26,219 nt of DNA from contig DASXQR010000217.1 of NCBI GenBank assembly GCA_036507075.1, forward strand, positions 1 through 26,219. The letters are read 5' to 3'. Below the pieces are notes generated by a model. It did not search any database. It worked only from the letters and a program-made list of their open reading frames with translations, and was not told where the DNA came from. Positions 8,379-16,503 of the stretch are shown one piece after another (the first letter of the stretch is position 1; each line of letters starts with the position of its first letter). The stretch is from Acidobacteriota bacterium (GTDB lineage Bacteria > Acidobacteriota > UBA6911 > JACQSX01). The translations under genes were made by a program, and so were the position numbers.

Positions 8379-10930
8379 GCCGCAGGTCTGCCTTATTCAC
8401 CACAAAGACACAAAGAACACAAAGGTCTTCGTGTCCTTTGTGTCTTTGTGGTTATCTTTTCACTGCACTTCTGTGCAGCTTTCCCTTGATCTCCTGCGCG
8501 CAGGCCCAGAGTCTCCCTCAGGCGATCCAGATCTGGCAAAAGGGTGACTACAAGGGCGCCGAGACAACGCTCGCGTCACTTTCTCAAAAGGGCGATCTGT
8601 CCGCCCGCGTCGCGTACTGCCGGCTGCTGAGAGAAACAGGCCGGTACTCGGACGCCGAAGCCGCCGCCCGAGGCGCCAGTAATGCGGAGCTGAAACTGGA
8701 ATTCTCATACGCCCTTCGCTCGCAGGGCAAGTACGCGGAAGCCGAGAAAGTAATCGCTGATGTGTCGCTGCCGGAGGCGCGATTCGCCCTGGCCGAATTG
8801 CTCGCCCGGCGCGGTGAGGCGGCGCGGGCTGTCGAACTTCACCGCCTGGTGACCCGCGAGGCGCGCGGGCGGCCCGGCTCGCTGGCGGCGGCTCGATCAC
8901 TGCAACGGCTGAAAGACTTCCACGCCTCCAATTCGTTGTTTCAGGATTTGGAAGAAAAGTATCCTCAGGACATCGATATCAAGCTCGCCTGGGCAGAGTT
9001 GTTCCTGGAAAAGTACAACGCCTCGGAAGCCGCCGGCCTGTACCAGGAGATTCTGAAAGAAAATTCCGGCCATCCGGAGGCTCTGGCGGGTATGGCGCAG
9101 TGTGCCGGCGACAGTTCTGACCCCAAGGTAAACGAGTTGCTGGACCGCGCGCTGAAGACGAACGCCAATCTGATCGATGTTTTTCAGATTCGCGCCCGGA
9201 GATTCATTGAAGATGAAAGGTACGACGCCGCGGCCGCCCAACTGGACCTGGCGGAAAAGATCGACGCTCAGGACTTGAAGAACTGGGCCTTGCGCGGCGC
9301 GCTCGCTTACTTCCGGCAGCAGGACCCCCAGGCCTCTTTCAGAAAAATCGACGAAGTAAATCCGCATGACGGCCAGGCCTGGCTGCAACTGGGACAGCTT
9401 TGCGTTTCGCGCAAGCGCTTTGACAAGGCGATCGAGTTCTTCAGGAACGCGATTGGCCGGGATCCGGAACTGTGGCAGGCGCACGCGGATCTGGGGATAA
9501 ATCTTCTTCGACTGGGGGCCGAGCGCGAGGGCAAGGACGCACTGGAGAAGGCGTATGCGGGAGATCCGTTTCATGTCTGGACGGTCAACACTTTGCGTCT
9601 CCTGGATACTTTCAAGTACTACCACGAAAGCCGGACGGCCCATTTTCGTCTTCTGATTCACAGCAAGGAGGAAGTGCTGCGCGACCTGGCCGAGGAACTG
9701 CTGGAGCAAAGCTATCAGGCGTTCAAAGAGCGTTACGGATTCTCGCCGGCTTTTCAGACCAGCATTGAGTTCTATCCCAATCATGAGGATTTCGCAGTGC
9801 GCACGCTGGGGGTTCCGGGTTTGGGCGCGTTGGGGGCGGCCTTTGGTAAAGTGGTGGCGCTTGATTCGCCGATGGCCCGGAAGCGGGGCGAGTACAACTG
9901 GGCAAGTACTCTGTGGCACGAGGTGGCGCACATCTTCACGCTTAATCTTTCCGACATGAAGGTGCCGCGCTGGCTTACGGAAGGTTTGTCCACTTACGAG
10001 GAACGTCTGGCGCATCCAGGCTGGGGAAGGAAGATAGATCCGATGCTTGTCCAGGCGGCGGAAAAGAAACTGCTGCTGCCGCTGAAGGAGCTCAGCGTCG
10101 GGTTTTTACATCCGCAATTTCCCGAACAGATCCTGATCAGTTACACGCAGTCGTCGTTTGTCTGCCAGTTTTTGGCGGAGCGTTATGGCTGGGAAAAAAT
10201 CCGGCAACTGCTGCAGGCCTTCCGTGAGAAAAACGAAACGGATGCCCTTAAGGCCGTTTACGGAAAATCACTTGATGACCTTGATGCCGAGTTTAGAAGT
10301 TATCTCGAGCCGCTGATCTCGAAAGTGGCGGGGCAGTTGGACAAAAGTTCCAGCAGCGAGTATTCCAGACTGCTGCGTGAGGCCGACGAACATCTAAAGA
10401 ATAATGAGTGGGGAAAGGCCGCGCCGCTGCTGCGCCGCGCCGCAGAGCTGGATCCGGAACCGCGTTATCCATTTAACGTCTGGTTCAGGCTGGCACAGGC
10501 GGAAGAAAAGCTGGGCCGCCAAAAAGAGGCGATGGAAGCCTATATGAACGCGGGCAGGCTGTCAGAAGCGGGCGAAGAAGCCTACCAGCGGGCTTTTGAT
10601 CTGGCGCTGCAGCAAAACAGGCAGGACGTTGCCTCGGCTGCCTACCAGAGCCTGATGTGCATTTATCCCGCGAATTCAGAGCTGAATGTCGCTATGGGTG
10701 AGGCATGGTTGAAATGGAACCAGCCCGAGCGGGCTGTTGCTCCGCTTGCGCGCGCTACTCGAATCTCGTCGGCCGACCCGGCGCAGAGCCACTATCTGCT
10801 GGCGCGAGCGTATTTCCTGTCGGGAAAGCGTGAGCTGGCAAAAAAGGCGGTGCTGGCCGCGCTCGATGTTGCTCCCAGCTTTGAAAAAGCGCAGCAGTTG
10901 CTGTTGCAGATTGCGGAGGGACGCCAATGA
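8375..10930 (+). CDS. Exported TPR-repeat protein with a central peptidase MA/gluzincin-like zinc domain
   Basis: TTG start overlaps the upstream TGA and has an AAGGGAGA SD. Many TPR-like helices. HEVAH (9917-9931) followed 16 residues later by the E of WLTEG. Confidence 0.85.
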   Translation: MSRRSALFTTKTQRTQRSSCPLCLCGYLFTALLCSFPLISCAQAQSLPQAIQIWQKGDYKGAETTLASLSQKGDLSARVAYCRLLRETGRYSDAEAAARGASNAELKLEFSYALRSQGKYAEAEKVIADVSLPEARFALAELLARRGEAARAVELHRLVTREARGRPGSLAAARSLQRLKDFHASNSLFQDLEEKYPQDIDIKLAWAELFLEKYNASEAAGLYQEILKENSGHPEALAGMAQCAGDSSDPKVNELLDRALKTNANLIDVFQIRARRFIEDERYDAAAAQLDLAEKIDAQDLKNWALRGALAYFRQQDPQASFRKIDEVNPHDGQAWLQLGQLCVSRKRFDKAIEFFRNAIGRDPELWQAHADLGINLLRLGAEREGKDALEKAYAGDPFHVWTVNTLRLLDTFKYYHESRTAHFRLLIHSKEEVLRDLAEELLEQSYQAFKERYGFSPAFQTSIEFYPNHEDFAVRTLGVPGLGALGAAFGKVVALDSPMARKRGEYNWASTLWHEVAHIFTLNLSDMKVPRWLTEGLSTYEERLAHPGWGRKIDPMLVQAAEKKLLLPLKELSVGFLHPQFPEQILISYTQSSFVCQFLAERYGWEKIRQLLQAFREKNETDALKAVYGKSLDDLDAEFRSYLEPLISKVAGQLDKSSSSEYSRLLREADEHLKNNEWGKAAPLLRRAAELDPEPRYPFNVWFRLAQAEEKLGRQKEAMEAYMNAGRLSEAGEEAYQRAFDLALQQNRQDVASAAYQSLMCIYPANSELNVAMGEAWLKWNQPERAVAPLARATRISSADPAQSHYLLARAYFLSGKRELAKKAVLAALDVAPSFEKAQQLLLQIAEGRQ
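8399..8452. repeat. 54-bp palindromic CACAAAGA-type repeat element within the 5' end of the TPR gene
   Basis: ACCACAAAGACACAAAGAACACAAAG-GT-CTTCGTGTCCTTTGTGTCTTTGTGGT, with 24 of 26 positions complementary. Confidence 0.9.
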
Positions 10931-11697
10931 CGCGCGCGCTGCGACGAATTTGCGGGCGGCTCACAGGGCGACTGACAATATCGGCCGTTGTCCTGGTTCT
11001 TTTGACCTCGATTTTCCCCCACATCCACACGGGGGCGGACCGGGTGAACCGTTTCCATCCCAGCGACTTTCATTTTGCGAGGATACGTTTTCGCACTCTC
11101 GATTACTCGAATTATTTTCCCCAAATGCCTCCATGGGCACACGACTATCCGAGAGCGGATCGCAATTTCCTGAAAATCCTGGCTGAGGTCACACAGATTC
11201 GATGCGACAGCGAGTCCTACCAGCTGGTGTCGCTGGAAAACGATGAAATCTTCAAGTATCCGTGGGCCTACATGTGCGAGGTAGGATACATGGATTTGAC
11301 CGACAAGGAGGCGGCCACGCTGCGGGCGTATCTGGATCGCGGAGGGTTCGTTGTGGTGGACGATTTTCGCGGCGCGCGTGAATGGAATAATTTCACCCGC
11401 AACATGCGGAAAGTTTACCCCGACCGCGGTTTTCAAGAGCTGGAATTGAATCACCCGGTGTTCCAGTGCTTCTACAGCATTAAGACTTTGGACTTTGTCC
11501 CGCCCTACGACGAGTTTCTAAAAGTCCACTTTCTCGGGATGAGCGACGAAAAGGGACGGCTGCAGATGATCGCAAATTTCAACAACGACATAGGCGAGTA
11601 CTGGGAATGGTCCGACACCGAGTGGGTCCCCTTGAATCTTTCTAATGAGGCCTACAAGTTCGGCGTTAACTATGTGATGTATGCGCTAACACATTAA
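10927..11697 (+). CDS. DUF4159 family protein
   Basis: Motifs WAHDYPRADRNF, YPWAYMCEVG, LRAYLDRGGFVVVDDF, HPVFQCFY, NNDIGEYWE and GVNYVMYALTH. ATGA-coupled to the TPR gene. Confidence 0.85.
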   Translation: MTRALRRICGRLTGRLTISAVVLVLLTSIFPHIHTGADRVNRFHPSDFHFARIRFRTLDYSNYFPQMPPWAHDYPRADRNFLKILAEVTQIRCDSESYQLVSLENDEIFKYPWAYMCEVGYMDLTDKEAATLRAYLDRGGFVVVDDFRGAREWNNFTRNMRKVYPDRGFQELELNHPVFQCFYSIKTLDFVPPYDEFLKVHFLGMSDEKGRLQMIANFNNDIGEYWEWSDTEWVPLNLSNEAYKFGVNYVMYALTH

Positions 11698-11701
11698 AAA
11701 C

Positions 11702-11789
11702 AGTCTGAAAGTTGAAAGTCTAAGGTCAAGGGTCTGACTTTCCGGTTTGGACTTTCGACTTTCGACCTTTGACTTTCGACCTTCAGACT
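11702..11789. repeat. Inverted array of 7-bp repeats (GAAAGTC/GACTTTC)
   Basis: AGTCTGAAAGTTGAAAGTCTAAGGTC...GACTTTCGACTTTCGACCTTTGACTTTCGACCTTCAGACT, between DUF4159 and moxR. Confidence 0.85.
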
Positions 11790-11809
11790 TGATTTAGGGG
11801 AGCCTATTC

Positions 11810-12817
11810 ATGGATCAAAAGACAACTGCAGAGTTCGTAGAAAAAACGCACGAAGCGTGCACCCGTGTGCGAAGTGAAGTGGGGCGGATTATCGTCGGCC
11901 AGGAAGATGTGGTCGAACTGGTGCTGATCACGCTGCTGGCCGGGGGACATTCCATCATCACCGGCTTGCCGGGACTGGCAAAAACGCTGTTGATTCAGTG
12001 CCTGGGCCAGACGCTCGGTCTGCGTTTCCAGCGCATTCAGTTCACGCCGGATCTGATGCCTGCCGATATCACCGGCACCGACATTCTGGAAGAAGATCGC
12101 GAAACAGGACGGAGAGCCATGCGCTTTGTGCGCGGACCGGTTTTTGCGCATCTGGTGCTAGCCGACGAGATTAACCGCACTCCGCCAAAGACGCAGGCTG
12201 CCCTGCTGGAGGCGATGCAGGAACGGCACGTAACGGTACGCGGTCAGACTTACAATCTGGAACCTCCCTTCTTTGTGCTGGCCACGCAAAACCCCATCGA
12301 GCTGGAAGGAACTTATGCGCTGCCGGAAGCGCAGCTCGATCGGTTCATGTTTAACATCCTGATTCATTATCCGTCCGAGCGAGAGGAAATCGACGTGGTC
12401 AAAAACACAACTGCCGCTCCGCAGCAGGGCCTGGAAGCTGTATTACATCGGGAAGATCTTCTCCGAATCCAGGAACTGACCCGGCTCGTCCCGGTGGCCG
12501 ACGACCTGGTCAGTTATGCGGTTCAGATGGTGCGTCGCACAAGGCCGGGCGATTCGGCGGCCGACTACGTCAACCGTTGGGTAAGTTACGGAGCCAGCCC
12601 CAGAGCCGCTCAGTATCTGATTCTGGGGGCCAAGGCGCGGGCGCTTTTGCGCGGCAGATACAATGTCGCGCTGGAAGATATCCGAGCTCTGGCGGCTCCG
12701 GTTCTGCGGCATAGAATCCTGCTGAACTTCCATGCCGAATCTGAGCAGGTAACCACAGACCAGATCGTGGACAAGCTGCTGGCCAATCTTCACCAGGTCA
12801 AATCCGGGTTGGGTTAA
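11810..12817 (+). CDS. moxR: MoxR-family AAA+ ATPase
   Basis: Walker A GLPGLAKT, RIQFTPDLMPADITG, Walker B LADEINR, LLEAMQE, ATQNPIE, PEAQLDRF and GASPRA. RBS GGGGAG. Confidence 0.95.
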   Translation: MDQKTTAEFVEKTHEACTRVRSEVGRIIVGQEDVVELVLITLLAGGHSIITGLPGLAKTLLIQCLGQTLGLRFQRIQFTPDLMPADITGTDILEEDRETGRRAMRFVRGPVFAHLVLADEINRTPPKTQAALLEAMQERHVTVRGQTYNLEPPFFVLATQNPIELEGTYALPEAQLDRFMFNILIHYPSEREEIDVVKNTTAAPQQGLEAVLHREDLLRIQELTRLVPVADDLVSYAVQMVRRTRPGDSAADYVNRWVSYGASPRAAQYLILGAKARALLRGRYNVALEDIRALAAPVLRHRILLNFHAESEQVTTDQIVDKLLANLHQVKSGLG

Positions 12818-12824
12818 TGACGGT

Positions 12825-12886
12825 CTTTGTGTGCTTTGTGCCTTTGTAGTGGTTTCTGTTTACCACAAAGACACAAAGGCACGGAG
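12825..12886. repeat. Second CACAAAGA-type palindromic element with arms in the opposite order
   Basis: CTTTGTGTGCTTTGTGCCTTTGTAGTGG...ACCACAAAGACACAAAGGCAC. The 17-mer ACCACAAAGACACAAAG is identical at 8399 and 12862. Confidence 0.85.
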
Positions 12887-12896
12887 TTTGAAGGTT

Positions 12897-13883
12897 ATGG
12901 ATTTGTTGAAATTTCTCAACCGCGGCGAAAAGAATCCGCAGCCGCAGGCCGGCAAGGTCGAGCCCTCTCCGCGCCGCGTCCGCTACGCAGGCGCCCAACA
13001 ATCTTTTATCGACCCCACCGTGCTGCAGATGCTTTCTAATCTTCAACTGGTTGCCAAAGTCGTGGTGGAAGGGTTTCTGTCCGGATTGCATCGCTCTCCC
13101 TACCACGGTTTCAGCGTTGACTTTGCCGAGTACCGCGAGTACAGCGAAGGAGACGATCTGCGAACGGTCGACTGGAATGTCTTCGCCCGCAGCGACCGCT
13201 ACTATGTCAAAAAATATGAAGGGGAGACCAACACAGCGCTGCATTTCCTGCTGGACGTGAGCGGATCGATGAGCTACGGCTCCGGCAGCGTAAGCAAGCT
13301 GGATTACGCCCGTTTCCTGGTTGCATCTCTGGCCTACTTCGCTTCCCGGCAAAAGGATGCCGTCGGCCTTTACATTTTTGACCAGCAGATTCGAGAGTTT
13401 CTGCCGCCTCGCCTCCGGCGCACGCATATGCACCAGTTCCTGACGCTTTTGAAGACTGCCAAGGCGGCGGGAACCACCGGATGGAACCGGCCGCTGGAAA
13501 GGGTGGCTCAACTGGCGTCGCGTCGCGGAATGATCGTTATGGTGTCGGATTTCTACAGTGACCTGGAAGATCTGTTTCGCGGCGCCAGGTTCTTTCAGTC
13601 GCGCGGCAATGAAGTGATTCTGTTCCAGGTGCTGGATCCGTACGAGCTGGAATTCCCGTTTGAAGGTCCGGTGCTGCTCGAGGACGTGGAAACGGAGGAT
13701 CGCGTGATGGTGGTTCCCCAGGCCACGCGCAAGGCTTATCTGGAGAATTTCCAGCAGCATCAGGAGAGGCTGCGTGAAGGCGCCGCCACCGCCGGAATAG
13801 ATTACAAGGTGGTACGCACGGATCAGCCGCTCGATGAAACACTTTTACACTACTTAAAAGCAAGGCACCGGAGAATTAAGTGA
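12897..13883 (+). CDS. DUF58 family vWA-like protein (MoxR partner)
   Basis: Motifs GLHRSPYHGFSVDFAEYREYSEGDDLRTVDW, KYEGET, LLDVSGSM, VSDF and QVLDPYE. Start placed at ATG 12897 after an AAGG SD. Confidence 0.92.
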   Translation: MDLLKFLNRGEKNPQPQAGKVEPSPRRVRYAGAQQSFIDPTVLQMLSNLQLVAKVVVEGFLSGLHRSPYHGFSVDFAEYREYSEGDDLRTVDWNVFARSDRYYVKKYEGETNTALHFLLDVSGSMSYGSGSVSKLDYARFLVASLAYFASRQKDAVGLYIFDQQIREFLPPRLRRTHMHQFLTLLKTAKAAGTTGWNRPLERVAQLASRRGMIVMVSDFYSDLEDLFRGARFFQSRGNEVILFQVLDPYELEFPFEGPVLLEDVETEDRVMVVPQATRKAYLENFQQHQERLREGAATAGIDYKVVRTDQPLDETLLHYLKARHRRIK

Positions 13884-13990
13884 CGAATGACGAGTGTCGA
13901 ATGACGAATGACGAATTGAAAATTGCAAATCCGGAACTCGTAACTCGAAACCCGACACTCGTAACTCGACACGCGTAACTCGACACTCGT
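13880..13990. repeat. Array of 7-bp repeats, (ACGAATG)n followed by (ACTCGTA/ACTCGAC)n, an imperfect inverted pair
   Basis: GTGACGAATGACGAGTGTCGAATGACGAATGACGAA...AACTCGTAACTCGAAACCCGACACTCGTAACTCGACACGCGTAACTCGACACTCGT, directly abutting ATG 13991. Confidence 0.85.
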
Positions 13991-15967
13991 ATGAATTTTC
14001 TGACGCCGATATTTCTGGCCGGGTTGGCAGCGATCGCCGTGCCGATTTGGTTTCACCTGATTCGCAGGGAGCAATCCTCGCGCGTGCCTTTCAGTTCGGT
14101 GATGTATGTGCCGCGAAAAGAGATGCGCCAGGTGCGCCGCCAGAAACTGCGGCAATGGCCGCTATGCCTCTTGCGGCTACTGCTGATTATGCTCCTGGTT
14201 CTGGCGCTGTCGCGCCCTTACTGGCCTGAACTGTCGGCAGGCTGGTCTTCCGGTTCGCAGGCCCGAGTGGTTTTGCTGGACAATTCCTTCAGCGTGCGCG
14301 CCGGGAATCGGTGGTTGCAGGCGAAACAACTGGCTGAGCGCGAAGTTCGCTCCGCGCCGGCCGGGAGTGAAGTATCACTGGCACTGGTTTCTGATCGTGT
14401 CGAGTTTCTCGGCGGCCCGCCCGAACCTGTCGAGACAATGCTGAGCAAGCTGCGCCAGGCCGAGCCATCTTACCGCGCCACGCGCCTGGATCAGGGCATC
14501 CGCGCCGCGGGTGACATGTTGAAACAATCACGCATGGTCACACGCGAGATTGTGCTGATTTCCGATTTTCAAAAAAACGGTCTGTACACGTCGTCCTGGA
14601 ACATCCCTGAAGGAATCGGTTTAAGGACTCATTCGCTCCCGGAATCCGCCGGCAACCTGTTTATCGAAGATGTCCAGGCGCCGCGAGAGATGTATGAGAA
14701 ATCGCCGCGCGAAGATATCAAGGTGCAGTTGCGAAATAACACTCCCTCGGAAGCGAAAACCCTGCGTCTGGTTCTCAAAATCCAGGATTTGCCCGAGGTG
14801 TCACAGGTGGTATCGATTCCTGCCTTCAGGTCCAGAACAGCCTCGTTCCAGGCGCCGGAGATAAAAGACGCATCCGTGGTCAAATGCGAGGCCCGGCTGG
14901 AGGCGGCCGATGCGATTGCGGATGACAATCGGTTTTATTTCACAATGCGCCGGCGCGACAAAGTTCCCGTAATCCTGGCCGCCAGCGGCCCGGCTGCAAC
15001 ATTTCTCGGCCAGGCGCTCAATTCCGAGGGTCTGCCCTGGACGGTGAAAGCAGGCTTGACAGAGGAGTGGCTGCGCAAATCAAAGGCGCTGATCCTGCAC
15101 GATCCCATCGAGATTCCGCAGTTTGTGGCAAGCTGGGTTAAAGGCGGGGGTGGATTGCTGATTTTTTCAGGCCCGCAAGGAGATTCGCTCAGATCTGATC
15201 TGCTGCCCGTAAAGCCGCAGGAAAACCGGATCGCGCGGCGCGGCCGCGATCAAGGCATGCAGTTGGACGACGTGCAATGGCAGCACCCTGCGTTCGCCCC
15301 TTTCGCGGATCAGCAGAAGCGATATTTTGCATCGGTGCATTTTTACGGATATACGGCCGCCTCCGCGCTGCCCGATACAAAAATTTTGGCACGCTTTGAT
15401 TCAGACAACCCTGTCCTGGTTGAAAGAAGTTACGGTCGCGGTAAGGTTCTCTGGTTTGCCAGCAGCGTGTCCAACGAATGGAATGACTTTGCGCTGCGCC
15501 CGGCATTTTTGCCCTTCGTGCAGCAGGTAACAGCCTACCTGGCGGGTCTCCGCAAATCCCTTGGCGCGCCGCGAGTGGGAGCGCGCGTGGATCTGTCCGC
15601 GTGGGGCGAAGGAGAAGTTACGCCCATTGATCCCAGGGGGCGGAGGGTAGAGACGGTTTCCAACAGCAGCCTGCTGGATGTGGAGCTTCCCGGTTTCTAT
15701 GAAATTCGGTTTAATCGGACCAGTGATTTTCTGAGCGTCAATATTCCCGCATCGGAGTCGATTCTCGATTCCGAGCCCGTTCAGCAAATTCAGGCACGGG
15801 CAGGCCGCATTCGCGCCAGCGTGGCGCAGGTCTCGGCCGCGACTGCAGAGCACCGCCAGAGCTGGTGGAGAGTATTACTGCTGTTGGCGGCGTTGCTGCT
15901 GCTCGGAGAGTGGGTGCTGGCGGACCTGTATTACGGGCGGATTCAACGCCTTAGGAAGGCCTCCTAG
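13991..15967 (+). CDS. BatA-domain / vWA / GATase-like double-TM membrane protein
   Basis: BatA N-terminus MNFLTPIFLAGLAAIAVPIWFHLI...PFSS...LLRLLLIMLLVLALSRP. MIDAS DNSFS...T...ISDFQ. YGRGKV and WNDFALRPAFLP motifs. C-terminal TM ending LLGEW. Confidence 0.85.
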   Translation: MNFLTPIFLAGLAAIAVPIWFHLIRREQSSRVPFSSVMYVPRKEMRQVRRQKLRQWPLCLLRLLLIMLLVLALSRPYWPELSAGWSSGSQARVVLLDNSFSVRAGNRWLQAKQLAEREVRSAPAGSEVSLALVSDRVEFLGGPPEPVETMLSKLRQAEPSYRATRLDQGIRAAGDMLKQSRMVTREIVLISDFQKNGLYTSSWNIPEGIGLRTHSLPESAGNLFIEDVQAPREMYEKSPREDIKVQLRNNTPSEAKTLRLVLKIQDLPEVSQVVSIPAFRSRTASFQAPEIKDASVVKCEARLEAADAIADDNRFYFTMRRRDKVPVILAASGPAATFLGQALNSEGLPWTVKAGLTEEWLRKSKALILHDPIEIPQFVASWVKGGGGLLIFSGPQGDSLRSDLLPVKPQENRIARRGRDQGMQLDDVQWQHPAFAPFADQQKRYFASVHFYGYTAASALPDTKILARFDSDNPVLVERSYGRGKVLWFASSVSNEWNDFALRPAFLPFVQQVTAYLAGLRKSLGAPRVGARVDLSAWGEGEVTPIDPRGRRVETVSNSSLLDVELPGFYEIRFNRTSDFLSVNIPASESILDSEPVQQIQARAGRIRASVAQVSAATAEHRQSWWRVLLLLAALLLLGEWVLADLYYGRIQRLRKAS

Positions 15968-16016
15968 TTCAGAACACGTTTTTCTGGAGAGTGTTGCAGT
16001 ATACTCGGTAGGACTT

Positions 16017-16488
16017 GGGTTGGCGGGTTCCCGGGTAATCGGTTACGGGTTTCCGGGTTGTCGGGTTCCCGGGTTATCGGGTTCCGGGTTTATCGGGTTC
16101 TCGGGTTCCGGGTTCTCGGGTTCCGGGTTACGAGTTCGCGGGTTACGAGTTAAGAGTTCCGGGTTACGAGTTACGAAATGATGAGAATTGGCGCTAATCC
16201 ATTTATGAGTCTTGTCAACTTTAAAATTCCAGGTTCGTTCGCCGAAACACCGTCCCTGATAACCCGTAACCCGATAACCCGTAACTCGATAACCCGTAAC
16301 TCGATAACCCGAAACCCGATAACCCGTAACCCGGTAACCCGTAACCCGATAACCTGTAACCCGATAACCCGTAACCCGATAACCCGTAACCCGATAACCC
16401 GTAACCCGATAACCCGAAACCCGAAAACCCGTAACCCGAAAACCCGAAGCCCGATAACCCGAAACCCGATAACCCGTGACCCGATAAC
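16017..16488. repeat. Large inverted tandem-repeat element: (GGGTT-rich)n, ~80-bp spacer, then 15 x ATAACCCGTAACCCG
   Basis: The left arm (~16017-16175) is built from CGGGTT/CGAGTTA units. The right arm (16259-16488) is 15 copies of a 15-bp unit, the reverse complement of the left-arm motif. No unique spacers between units. Confidence 0.92.
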
Positions 16489-16503
16489 TGGGATTGGTGA
16501 ACT

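Noticed and set aside
12831..12896. Upstream extensions of the DUF58 ORF (from 12831) and the vWA ORF (from 4975)
   Set aside because: The extensions run through repeat or promoter DNA. The downstream ATGs at 12897 and 5053 have SD-like sequences and give more plausible N-termini.
16259..16488. Possible CRISPR array
   Set aside because: The 15-bp units are contiguous with no unique spacers, and there are no cas genes in the window. It is a tandem repeat.
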